Virus record (IMG/VR): IMGVR_UViG_3300022178_003255
Span: 1 to 45,128 of that record
Direction: 5' to 3' (one strand)
DNA: 45,128 nucleotides
From: a virus
Lineage: Duplodnaviria; Caudoviricetes
Numbering within the stretch: the stretch's first letter is position 1; the number at the start of each line of letters is the position of its first letter. This document shows, in pieces, positions 10,361 through 19,827 of this stretch. The notes below the pieces were generated by a model. The model was given only the letters and a program-made list of their open reading frames with translations, had not been told where the DNA came from and searched no databases. Made by a program: the position numbers and the translations under genes.

Positions 10361-13300
10361 ATGCCAGAAATTAAGCATACTTTTACCGGTGGTAAAATGA
10401 ATAAGGATCATGACGAGAGACTTATTAAAAGCGGAGAATACAGAGACGCGATGAACATACAAGTAACAACTTCAGAGGGATCTGATGTTGGTACTATGCA
10501 AAACGTTTTGGGTAATGCTGGGGTTTGTACAAATCTCGGTTGTATTCCTGATAACTCATACACAGTTGGTTCTATTTCTGACGAAAAAAATGACACTTTA
10601 TACTGGCTTGTAGCTGGTGGTGCTTTTTCTGACCTTCAACAGCATTTATACGATGCTTACTCAAATACATATAGCGCATCAACAGCCGTTGGTGACGTTC
10701 TCTACTCTAAAGATCTTATAATGCGTAAAACTCCAAATGGATGCGAGCCGGTGTTCGTTGATATTTACGGTTTTGCCCTTGCTAATAGTGAAAGCGTTTT
10801 AGGTGATGGAAATGCTGCTGAAGGAGTAACCAACACTTTAGTAATCCCAATAGAGTACGATAATGGTAAACCACTATTATCACAGATAGAAGTTGGTATG
10901 ACAGTGCATGGCCTCGATGATACGCTAACTCCAAACACTAGCACGGCTAACGTAATAAGCGTTGGGGCTCTCAAAAAAATCGACACAGTATATACTCCAA
11001 ACACTTACACTTGCCAAGGCGCTGTGCTCACTCCAGGAGGAGGTGTAGATTTCGATGGTGATTATAGTGGTAGTGGTGGGTTCGAAATTGATTATAGTGT
11101 AGCTGGGTCTGCAGGTACTTGGGCAGTAGGAGATGCTATCCCTATAACCGGAAGACTTATTGTTAATGCGAGCGCGTTCGATCAAATATCAAATTACCTT
11201 CTCAGCACGTATGGCGCTGAACAAGTTCCTACCCCTACCACTCCACAAGTTGGGGATAGAATTAGTGTTACCAACCCAGCTGTTGGTGGGACTAATATTG
11301 TTGTTTCACACGCTCTTATTACTGACATTGAAGATGTTAATTTTGGTGGATCGGTAGGAGGTGATTATAAAATAATTACAGTCGATCAACCTGTTAGTAA
11401 TTGGGCGGGTGCCGCATCATTTTCCGCGAACGGTCAAGGTATGATAAATGGAGAAGCTAATGCTTATAATTTCGATATAAATCTGGTAGCGGATGGGAAT
11501 GTGACACCTATGCCACCACTTGACACTATGGCTTTTACATCAGGAACAATGCTCACTGTTGATAGATCCGGAACATGTTTTCGTCCTTACATAGATCTAC
11601 CAAGTAATTCGCCTTGGTTGGACGAGATTTATAATGTGTTTTTTAATAACAATACTAGTTATATCCAAGGTTCTGAGATAAAAATAAAAGTCAACCCCGC
11701 TTGGCCTGACGCTAGTGGTTTTGGTGATGGTTGGGCGGGTTGTATTGATTGGGAGACTACTTACGATGCGGGTAGTGGGTTCGCTCTAAATGGGCCAACC
11801 ACAAATAGACTTCACATGGCTCAATGCGACGATTTTAGCATCGAGGTAACACCAACGTCTACTTACAACTATTTAAGCTTAGTTGCTTCAGGTGATTTGG
11901 GGCAAGATGTTGTTTTGCTAGACAAAGAAATAGACCTCGGAACAAATACAGCATATTTTAATTTTCAAAGAGATAGAGTTTTAAACTTTAGAGCTGATAG
12001 ACTTATAACGGGTATAAATGTTATAGATGACATGTTGTTCTGGACAGACGGGCACACTGAACCTAAAAAAATAAATATACAACGTAGTATTGATGGTACG
12101 ATTCCAGACGGTAGCGCGCACACTCGTGTGGTGACAGATGTTACAACAACTACTATTCCAGTAATGGAAGAACATATAACCGTGATTAAACAACCTCCAA
12201 CTCACCCACTAAGTATGGAATTGAGTACTGGTAGAAAAGAGGAGCACACCCACACTGGTGTTATGATGATCTCAACAGAGGGAAGTCAACCATCTTCTTC
12301 TTTTATTGGTGGTGATGGTACTTCAGAAACAACGGATCATTACGATTTTTCTAGCATGAACGTAGGCGACTTCTTTAACGTTGAGATAGCTTCAGATATT
12401 TATGGTGGTGAAGAGTTCACTTTAAGAAACGTAGACGGGAAACCATGGGGACCCAATACTAAAGTGGTGTTTAAAGAGTTTACCGAAGATAGCGCGCCAG
12501 ATATTCCTGTTTTGCAGTATACCATTAAAGCAACTGTTGGTGGTTGGTCAGGGAATAAAATGGAGGCTACAGCTGGCGATCCAGCAAAAGTTTCTTTTAG
12601 AGTTGATTTTATAGAAGGAAGTGTTCCGTCTACGGACAGTGTATTGAAATTTGCTATTGACGTTTTTGATGAGTCAGAAAAATTATTTGAATTTAAGTTT
12701 CCTAGATTTTCTTATAGATACAAATACGCAGATGGAGAGTACTCTACGTTCGCACCATTTACTGAAGTAGCATTTGTTCCTGGAGGTTTTAGTTACCACC
12801 CTAAAAAGGGTTATAATCTAGGTATGACCAATAGAATAAAAACAGTAACAATTAAGGACTTTGTTACCCCACTAACACCGTCAGATGTCATTGCTATTGA
12901 TATACTCTATAAAGATGACCAATCACCAAACATATATGTAGTAGACACCGTCGCGTCTAATGATGAAACGGTAAATGGTCATAACGAGTGGCAGGCTAAC
13001 GAGTATATAATAAGTAGTGATATTATCCACTCAATACTTCCCGCTAACCAACTATTAAGACCGTGGGATAACGTGCCTAGAAAAGCTGTTGCTCAAGAGA
13101 TAACAAAAAACAGACTAGTATATGCCAACTACACGCAGGGGTATGACTTAACCGTGGGTGGTAAAAACATCAAGCCACAATTTAAACACTCTTTAGTAAA
13201 CAATAAAAACAGTATAAAGTCGATAAAATCCTTAAGAGAATATCAATTAGGAGTTGTTTTTATAGATAAATACGGTAGAGAGACCCCGGTGATAACCAAC

Positions 13301-16300
13301 AGGTCAGGTGGTTTCAAGATAAGTAAAAGTGAATCTTCAAACAAAAATCAACTAAAAGTTGGTTTAAGCGAAATGACCATACCAAGTGATATGGAATACT
13401 TTAAGTTTTTCGTAAAAGAAACTTCCGGCGAATACTATAATATGGCTATGGATCGTTGGTATGATGCGGATGATGGTTCTGTTTGGTTAGCATTCCCATC
13501 TTCAGATAGAAATAAAATTGATGAAGATACGTTTTTAATACTAAAAAAAGGTGTCGAGTCTAGCAGCTTGGTTAAGGAACCGGCTAAGTACAAAATCATA
13601 TCTATTGAAAACCAAGCCCCAGACTTTATAAAAACAACTAAATACAACATCGGAGACGTACAGCAGGATGGCGGTGTCGGAAACGACTCCTTGTTATACG
13701 GAGCGAGTATGGATAACGCTCCTAAAAGAGGTAGGAATAACTTTTCTTGTCTAGCGTCAAGGTTTAACGGGACTAGTTTGAGTCAAGTAGAAGAAATTAA
13801 AGAGGAACTTTATGTTGAGTTTTACATACAGGGAAAACCTAATGTTTCTCATAGATATAAAATTAATTCTGCCTCTAGAGATAAGATGGATGACGGTACT
13901 TTAGGTGAAGATTTTAACTTTACAATTGATGGCTTTTTTGGTGACGACATTAATTTTATACTTAATGGGACAACTACTTCACCATCTAGTGTTTTATCAA
14001 CCGCTAAAACTCGTTTCTACAAAGGTGTTTTAGAGAACGCGGCTAAGTTTGATGGTAAATTTTTTGTAAAAATATACGCTGACGAGTACTTCAATAAATA
14101 TATAGCAAACCCTCCGGTGACAGATGACGATAGGGTTGAGTATGGTGGTATTGATTTTAAAAAAATATATTATTGCTCACCAGACCACCACGCTGTTCAC
14201 GATGGTGATTACGGTGATGGTGCTATAGCTTTTGGTAATAATAATTTTATTCAAGATGCTTTTGAGTCCGTTTACGACAACATGCCCTCCTTTGCTGTAG
14301 CCGGTAATTCCTTGCTCAACTCTAGCCATAGGAACAACGATTTGTATTTTACCATTTTAACGAGGCACCTCAAACTTATGAGCGGGATGGTATGGTGGCA
14401 AGGGGGAATACCCGATCCAGCCAACAGTACAAAACCCGCTTACCAACCTGGTTCAGTTACTGCTAATAGAGCTTTTTTCAAAAACAATTTAGTTTCCATG
14501 TGGGATTATAAGGGTCATTCGGTTAATGATGAAGATGGTTGGTTCGATTATTCAATTGGTCAGTCCGATTCGTATGGGTTAAAGCTTCTGTGGGGGCTAC
14601 AAAATGATCTTAATGCTCGTGGAATTGCAGAGGGTGATCATGGATATGAGGATGTTTTCTTTATTGACGGTGGACCTATCGCTGGTAATAACAGCGGCAT
14701 GAACGGGGCGTTGAATCACATTAGTTACGAAGGTGAGGACTATAACCATGGTAACCCCAGGACAAATTTTGGTATAAGAAACAGCGGGACTTATGGTGAA
14801 ATAGACCTTGGTTTTGGCCCTATAATGCCAGATAAAACCTACCCAAATAGGGGATCAGGAGGTTGGAGTTGGGAAAGCGTGTGGGGTGGTGATAAAAAGG
14901 ATATTTTAAATTGGCACCATGGGGATGAAAAGATATTTGATTTAAATAGAGACGGTTCTAGGTATGAAGATGCTGGAAAATATCTCGATAGACTTGCTTC
15001 TGGTAAAAAATTCCACTGGTTAGAGGATCCTACTAAAACTATTTATACACTATCTACAGCTACCAAAAGAAATAATAGAACAAGAATCACTGGGGAGGGC
15101 GACATCAATACTTATGCATATTCTTTTAGATATGAGGATTGGATGACAAATGATAATAATGATTTTTGGAGCAGCAGATATGCGGATCGAAATCTTATCG
15201 CTAGAATTGCTCATCCTCATTTTTACACTGGAGAGAATTTTAGCAAAAGCAATATTGGAACGTTTAAACCAGCGATGACAAACTGGGAGCCAACAAACTA
15301 TGAGAACGGCGGGGTTGGACCTATTCCCGGAGGTAGAACTATACAGTTTCACGCAAGTCTAGCGACAGCTCTTAGTGCAACGCCAACAGAAACTATAAAG
15401 TCTATAGCGAATAGTTGGACTAACAATTCTTTTAAAGTATCAAAACAACACATCAACCAAGCCTGGGATAGTAACAACGGTACAACTCTTGACGTTGACG
15501 GTGATGATATAGCGGGTGAGTTTACTAGTGTTGTAGAAGGCATGATACTAACTCACATTGGTTCTTCTTCAATAACAAATATAACTACTAATGGAGAATT
15601 TATAAAAACCCCTCTTTTAATAGATTCTATTGTAGGAAGTGGTGATGATTATATAATAAATATAGTTGGTTACAAAAACGTAAGATCTACTAGTAGTAAC
15701 GCGGTTGGTTTATATAGTTTGAACTCCCAAGGTACCGGAAGTGATGGAGTGTTTGATTTAACTTTTAGACAGCCAGCAATGAATGGTTTAAGTGTTAATT
15801 CTATTAAAAATCTTAATAGAGAAAGTTTTAGCACAGAAGCAAACTGGATTGGTATTGGTGCTGTGGGTTATACTTTGGAGTTTTTAGAACCAGTAGAGCG
15901 TGAAACGCTGTTACCTAAAAATCCATCGGTTTGGGAAACAGAACCCAAGGAGTCTACAGATTTGGATATATACTATGAGATAAGTGGTAAAAATCCAGTG
16001 CACTTAAACAAAGACACTATTAAATTAGCCGCGCCGATAGGATCCACAATTTCTGTTAACAACCAGATCAAAACAGCTATCATCCCTACTGTTATTGGTT
16101 ATACTACTGTTCCTAACAAAACGCTTGTCCTTGAACCACCCGTGTGTATTGGCGCGCTTAGCAATTGCCCAGAGGGTGCTATGCCTATTGATATTGGGAA
16201 TGACGATGTTACCATAACTAGACCTGACGGCTCTGAAATAACAGCGCGTGTTGAGGATTTTGTAGAGGTGGCTGGTACCCCAGGTTTAGCTAACAAAATC

Positions 16301-19300
16301 GTGTTAAACGAAAATATATCTAACAGTTCTTATACTTTAAGTTGGCACAATTGTTATTCTTTTGGTAATGGAGTTGAATCTAATAGAATTAGAGACTCTT
16401 TTAATCTACCTTATATAACTAGCGGTGTTAAAGCTTCAACAACACTAGAGGGAGAATACAAGGAAGAACATAGAAAATATGGTCTAATATATTCTGGTAT
16501 ATACAACTCTACGTCTGGTATTAATAATTTAAACCAATTTATACAGGCTGAAAAAATAACAAAAGACGTAAATCCAGTATACGGTAGCATACAAAAACTA
16601 CACACTAGAGATAGTAACTTAATAGCACTCTGTGAGGATAAGATATTAAAGATATTAGCTCACAAAGACGCTTTGTATAACGCCGATGGTAACCCTCAGT
16701 TAATAGCAACAGACAAAGTTCTTGGACAAACAACACCTTTTGTTGGTGAATACGGTATATCTACTAATCCAGAATCATTTGCATCGGAATCCTATAGGGC
16801 TTACTTTACAGATAAGGTTAGAGGATCCGTGATGAGATTGTCAAAAGATGGTTTAACATCAATATCTGATGCTGGTATGAAAGATTGGTTTAGAGATAAT
16901 TTAAAGTTAAGTAGCAAGTTAGTTGGTAGTTATGATGATCATAAAGGTGAGTACAATATCACTTTAAATCAAACGGCTGATCCAGACAACGCTAAGTCAG
17001 TAACATATAGAGAAGACGTGAGAGGTTGGGTTAGTTTTAAATCTTTTGTACCTGAAAACGGATTAAGCTGCGCTAACCAATACTACACGTTTAAGGAAGG
17101 TGATATATACCAACACCACCTTGAAAAAGACGTGTTCGACAACCCAGTTAATAGAAATACCTTCTATAATGTGCATGCTCCATCAAGTTTTAACGTTATA
17201 TTTAACGACCAACCAGGTGTTGTAAAATCGTTTAAAACGTTAAACTATGAGGGTAGTCAATCTAAAATAGATGAAAACTTACAAGACGGACAGTACTATA
17301 ATTTACAAGATAAAGAAGGTTGGTACGTTTCAAATATAGAAACTGATTTAGAAAAAGGTAGTTTAAATGAATTTATAAGAAAAGAAGGTAAGTGGTTTAA
17401 TTATATAAAGGGAAAAGAAGGAGTTGTAACAAATAGTGGTGTTGTTGTTGGTGGTTTTGACAATAGTGATACTTCTTTCCAAGGAATAGGTAGAGTAGAT
17501 GGAAATCCAACCGCAAGTATGGCGGGTGGATGTACAGATCCTACCGCGTTTAATTATAACCCATCGGCTGTTGTAGACGCTGGTAACTGCATATCTGCGG
17601 TTTTAGGGTGTACAGATTCGCAATCTGAAACCTATGACAGTACGGCTAATACAGATGATGGTTCATGTAATTATCCGGGATGTACGAATCCTAGTGCGTT
17701 TAATTATGATTCAAGCGCCAACAGTAACGACGGATCTTGCGTTGGTGTTATTAACGGCTGTACTGATAATAGCATGTTTAATTACGACGGGGCCGCAAAT
17801 ACAGATGATGGAAGCTGCATTGCGATTATAACTGGTTGTATTGATCCAACTGCTGACAATTATAACGATACGGCTAACACGGACGATGGTAACTGTATGT
17901 ATACTGTTTATGGGTGTATTGATGTAAACGCTTGTAATTATGATACCGCTGCTAACACGGATGATGGCTCTTGTGGGTATTGTGGTGATAGCGCTGCTGA
18001 TAATTATAGTGCTAATGTTGAAGATACTTGTACTAATGGTTGTGTGTACTGCGCTTTTAATGACAATTCACTTCAATCTTTAACGACTAGTAGTAATTCT
18101 ATTATTGTTAACGACTCGGCTACGTCTATAGATATAGCTTGGAGCAGTATCGCTGCTAATCCTGGAACTGCTCCTATTGTTAGTTACGACGTTAGATATA
18201 GTGTGTCAGGGCTAGACACTTGGACCGTGATAAACAACGTACCCAACAACACCAACATATGGTACCAAACTTACACGATACAAGGCTTAACGCATAGTAC
18301 TGCTTATGATATTCAAGTAAGAAAGATCTGTAATAACACGGCTTCTGGTTGGTCTCCTATTCTCACTTTGTCAACACAATTTGCGGAGATTTGGGGATGT
18401 ACAGATGCTACTGCTTGTAATTATGATCCTCTTGCAAATATGCCGGACATCTATAATGTTTTATGTAATTATACTTCTTGTGCTGGTTGTATGGATGCAA
18501 CAGCCTCTAATTATGATGCTACTGCAACTATAGACGATGGTAGTTGTATTCCTGTTGTGAACGGTTGCACGGATAACAGTGCCTTTAACTATGATGTTAA
18601 TGCAAATGCAGACGATGGTTCTTGTATTCCGTTTATATATGGGTGTACGGATGCAGATTCATGTAACTTTGACCCGACTGTGAATACGGATGATGGTTCT
18701 TGTATAGGTGCTTGTAGTAGTTTTATTGACTCTGTCAACATATCAGGTAATTTTGTTAATGACGTTACGCTTGGAGTTTATAATACCGAAGTAACTGTTG
18801 CTTGGGACACTTTAACCGACCCTGACGCATCTACAGGTCACAGAATAAAATACAAGAAAAGTAGTGACTCTGGTTGGGTTTTAGTAGCGGGTTTAAGTGC
18901 TGGGAGCGGTAGTACGGTTATAAGTGCTATTTTTGAAGAGAATGAAGACTACGACTTTAGGGTGAAAGCTATTTGCTCGGGAAGTGGGTGTAACGAAAGT
19001 TGGTCAAGCATAACAACTGTTAATATTGGCGCTTTTTATGGCTGTACTGATCCTAACGCAACTAACTATGTGAATGGCGCAACTACAGATGATAACTCTT
19101 GTTTGTATCTTACTGAAGGTTGTATGTACGGGCTCGCGGATAATTATGATCCTAACGCTAGTGCAAACAATTTAAGTTTATGTACATTTACCACAACAGC
19201 AGGTCCTGGATGCATGGATAGCACACAATTTAACTATGATCCTAACGCTACGTCTGACGATGGAGATTGCCAGCCGTTTACTTATGGATGTATAAATTCA

Positions 19301-19429
19301 ACTGCTTCTAACTACAATTCTACCGTGAACACTAGTGATGGTTCTTGTATTTGGTTAGGTTGTACTGATGCAACTGCAAACAACTATGACCCAACAGCTA
19401 CTACAGATGATGGTTCTTGTATGTATTAA
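10361..19429 (+). CDS. Large tail stabilization/nozzle-like protein (3022 aa) with C-terminal Cys-rich repeats and two FN3-like domains
   Basis: N-terminus FTGGKMNKDHDERLIKSGEYRDAMNI and internal FSYRYKYADGEYS, YQLGVVFIDKYGRETPV, GEYGISTNPESFA resemble crAss-related stabilization proteins; about 16 GCxD..A.NY...A..DDGSC repeats after ~17525. Confidence 0.7.
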   Translation: MPEIKHTFTGGKMNKDHDERLIKSGEYRDAMNIQVTTSEGSDVGTMQNVLGNAGVCTNLGCIPDNSYTVGSISDEKNDTLYWLVAGGAFSDLQQHLYDAYSNTYSASTAVGDVLYSKDLIMRKTPNGCEPVFVDIYGFALANSESVLGDGNAAEGVTNTLVIPIEYDNGKPLLSQIEVGMTVHGLDDTLTPNTSTANVISVGALKKIDTVYTPNTYTCQGAVLTPGGGVDFDGDYSGSGGFEIDYSVAGSAGTWAVGDAIPITGRLIVNASAFDQISNYLLSTYGAEQVPTPTTPQVGDRISVTNPAVGGTNIVVSHALITDIEDVNFGGSVGGDYKIITVDQPVSNWAGAASFSANGQGMINGEANAYNFDINLVADGNVTPMPPLDTMAFTSGTMLTVDRSGTCFRPYIDLPSNSPWLDEIYNVFFNNNTSYIQGSEIKIKVNPAWPDASGFGDGWAGCIDWETTYDAGSGFALNGPTTNRLHMAQCDDFSIEVTPTSTYNYLSLVASGDLGQDVVLLDKEIDLGTNTAYFNFQRDRVLNFRADRLITGINVIDDMLFWTDGHTEPKKINIQRSIDGTIPDGSAHTRVVTDVTTTTIPVMEEHITVIKQPPTHPLSMELSTGRKEEHTHTGVMMISTEGSQPSSSFIGGDGTSETTDHYDFSSMNVGDFFNVEIASDIYGGEEFTLRNVDGKPWGPNTKVVFKEFTEDSAPDIPVLQYTIKATVGGWSGNKMEATAGDPAKVSFRVDFIEGSVPSTDSVLKFAIDVFDESEKLFEFKFPRFSYRYKYADGEYSTFAPFTEVAFVPGGFSYHPKKGYNLGMTNRIKTVTIKDFVTPLTPSDVIAIDILYKDDQSPNIYVVDTVASNDETVNGHNEWQANEYIISSDIIHSILPANQLLRPWDNVPRKAVAQEITKNRLVYANYTQGYDLTVGGKNIKPQFKHSLVNNKNSIKSIKSLREYQLGVVFIDKYGRETPVITNRSGGFKISKSESSNKNQLKVGLSEMTIPSDMEYFKFFVKETSGEYYNMAMDRWYDADDGSVWLAFPSSDRNKIDEDTFLILKKGVESSSLVKEPAKYKIISIENQAPDFIKTTKYNIGDVQQDGGVGNDSLLYGASMDNAPKRGRNNFSCLASRFNGTSLSQVEEIKEELYVEFYIQGKPNVSHRYKINSASRDKMDDGTLGEDFNFTIDGFFGDDINFILNGTTTSPSSVLSTAKTRFYKGVLENAAKFDGKFFVKIYADEYFNKYIANPPVTDDDRVEYGGIDFKKIYYCSPDHHAVHDGDYGDGAIAFGNNNFIQDAFESVYDNMPSFAVAGNSLLNSSHRNNDLYFTILTRHLKLMSGMVWWQGGIPDPANSTKPAYQPGSVTANRAFFKNNLVSMWDYKGHSVNDEDGWFDYSIGQSDSYGLKLLWGLQNDLNARGIAEGDHGYEDVFFIDGGPIAGNNSGMNGALNHISYEGEDYNHGNPRTNFGIRNSGTYGEIDLGFGPIMPDKTYPNRGSGGWSWESVWGGDKKDILNWHHGDEKIFDLNRDGSRYEDAGKYLDRLASGKKFHWLEDPTKTIYTLSTATKRNNRTRITGEGDINTYAYSFRYEDWMTNDNNDFWSSRYADRNLIARIAHPHFYTGENFSKSNIGTFKPAMTNWEPTNYENGGVGPIPGGRTIQFHASLATALSATPTETIKSIANSWTNNSFKVSKQHINQAWDSNNGTTLDVDGDDIAGEFTSVVEGMILTHIGSSSITNITTNGEFIKTPLLIDSIVGSGDDYIINIVGYKNVRSTSSNAVGLYSLNSQGTGSDGVFDLTFRQPAMNGLSVNSIKNLNRESFSTEANWIGIGAVGYTLEFLEPVERETLLPKNPSVWETEPKESTDLDIYYEISGKNPVHLNKDTIKLAAPIGSTISVNNQIKTAIIPTVIGYTTVPNKTLVLEPPVCIGALSNCPEGAMPIDIGNDDVTITRPDGSEITARVEDFVEVAGTPGLANKIVLNENISNSSYTLSWHNCYSFGNGVESNRIRDSFNLPYITSGVKASTTLEGEYKEEHRKYGLIYSGIYNSTSGINNLNQFIQAEKITKDVNPVYGSIQKLHTRDSNLIALCEDKILKILAHKDALYNADGNPQLIATDKVLGQTTPFVGEYGISTNPESFASESYRAYFTDKVRGSVMRLSKDGLTSISDAGMKDWFRDNLKLSSKLVGSYDDHKGEYNITLNQTADPDNAKSVTYREDVRGWVSFKSFVPENGLSCANQYYTFKEGDIYQHHLEKDVFDNPVNRNTFYNVHAPSSFNVIFNDQPGVVKSFKTLNYEGSQSKIDENLQDGQYYNLQDKEGWYVSNIETDLEKGSLNEFIRKEGKWFNYIKGKEGVVTNSGVVVGGFDNSDTSFQGIGRVDGNPTASMAGGCTDPTAFNYNPSAVVDAGNCISAVLGCTDSQSETYDSTANTDDGSCNYPGCTNPSAFNYDSSANSNDGSCVGVINGCTDNSMFNYDGAANTDDGSCIAIITGCIDPTADNYNDTANTDDGNCMYTVYGCIDVNACNYDTAANTDDGSCGYCGDSAADNYSANVEDTCTNGCVYCAFNDNSLQSLTTSSNSIIVNDSATSIDIAWSSIAANPGTAPIVSYDVRYSVSGLDTWTVINNVPNNTNIWYQTYTIQGLTHSTAYDIQVRKICNNTASGWSPILTLSTQFAEIWGCTDATACNYDPLANMPDIYNVLCNYTSCAGCMDATASNYDATATIDDGSCIPVVNGCTDNSAFNYDVNANADDGSCIPFIYGCTDADSCNFDPTVNTDDGSCIGACSSFIDSVNISGNFVNDVTLGVYNTEVTVAWDTLTDPDASTGHRIKYKKSSDSGWVLVAGLSAGSGSTVISAIFEENEDYDFRVKAICSGSGCNESWSSITTVNIGAFYGCTDPNATNYVNGATTDDNSCLYLTEGCMYGLADNYDPNASANNLSLCTFTTTAGPGCMDSTQFNYDPNATSDDGDCQPFTYGCINSTASNYNSTVNTSDGSCIWLGCTDATANNYDPTATTDDGSCMY
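17527..19426 (+). repeat. Array of about 16 ~26-aa Cys-bracketed repeats (GC[TM]DxxAxNYDxxAxxDDGSC) interrupted by two FN3-like domains
   Basis: Counted in the translation: 7 repeats (one degenerate), FN3-like, 4 repeats, FN3-like, 5 repeats. Confidence 0.9.
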
Positions 19430-19441
19430 TAAATAATAATT

Positions 19442-19813
19442 ATGCAAATATTAACATTAAATATTGACGGTGATATAAATGCTAGTCTTCAGGTTGGAGA
19501 CATAGCATACTACTCTTCACCTGGAACAGTGGCTACCAGTGGCTTTGCAACCGTTAACACTGGTGGTATATTATTAATTGGAGAAGTAACAGAGATAGAT
19601 AGTGCTTTATCGCAAATAAAAGTATTATACAATAACTGCGACACTTGCCCAGCACCTCCCACTGCTAACGACTATATTATGTTTGCTAAAAACAAAGTGG
19701 TTAACTCCTCTAGTTTAGCTGGTTATTATGCGGATGTAAAGTTTAAAAATTATTCTACAGATAAAATTGAAATGTTTTCAGTTGGTTCGGAAATATCAGA
19801 AAGTAGTAAATAA
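19442..19813 (+). CDS. Small tail-associated protein
   Basis: INASLQVGDIAYY ... SSLAGYYADVKFKNYSTDKIEMFSVGSEISESSK; looks like the terminal part of a tail stabilization module. Confidence 0.55.
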   Translation: MQILTLNIDGDINASLQVGDIAYYSSPGTVATSGFATVNTGGILLIGEVTEIDSALSQIKVLYNNCDTCPAPPTANDYIMFAKNKVVNSSSLAGYYADVKFKNYSTDKIEMFSVGSEISESSK

Positions 19814-19827
19814 ATAAATATATAATT

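Noticed and set aside
17527-19426. CRISPR array or DGR template/variable repeats
   Set aside because: Repeats are in-frame protein repeats with synonymous divergence; no identical DNA repeats, no adenine-specific mismatch pair noticed, and no reverse transcriptase or cas genes.
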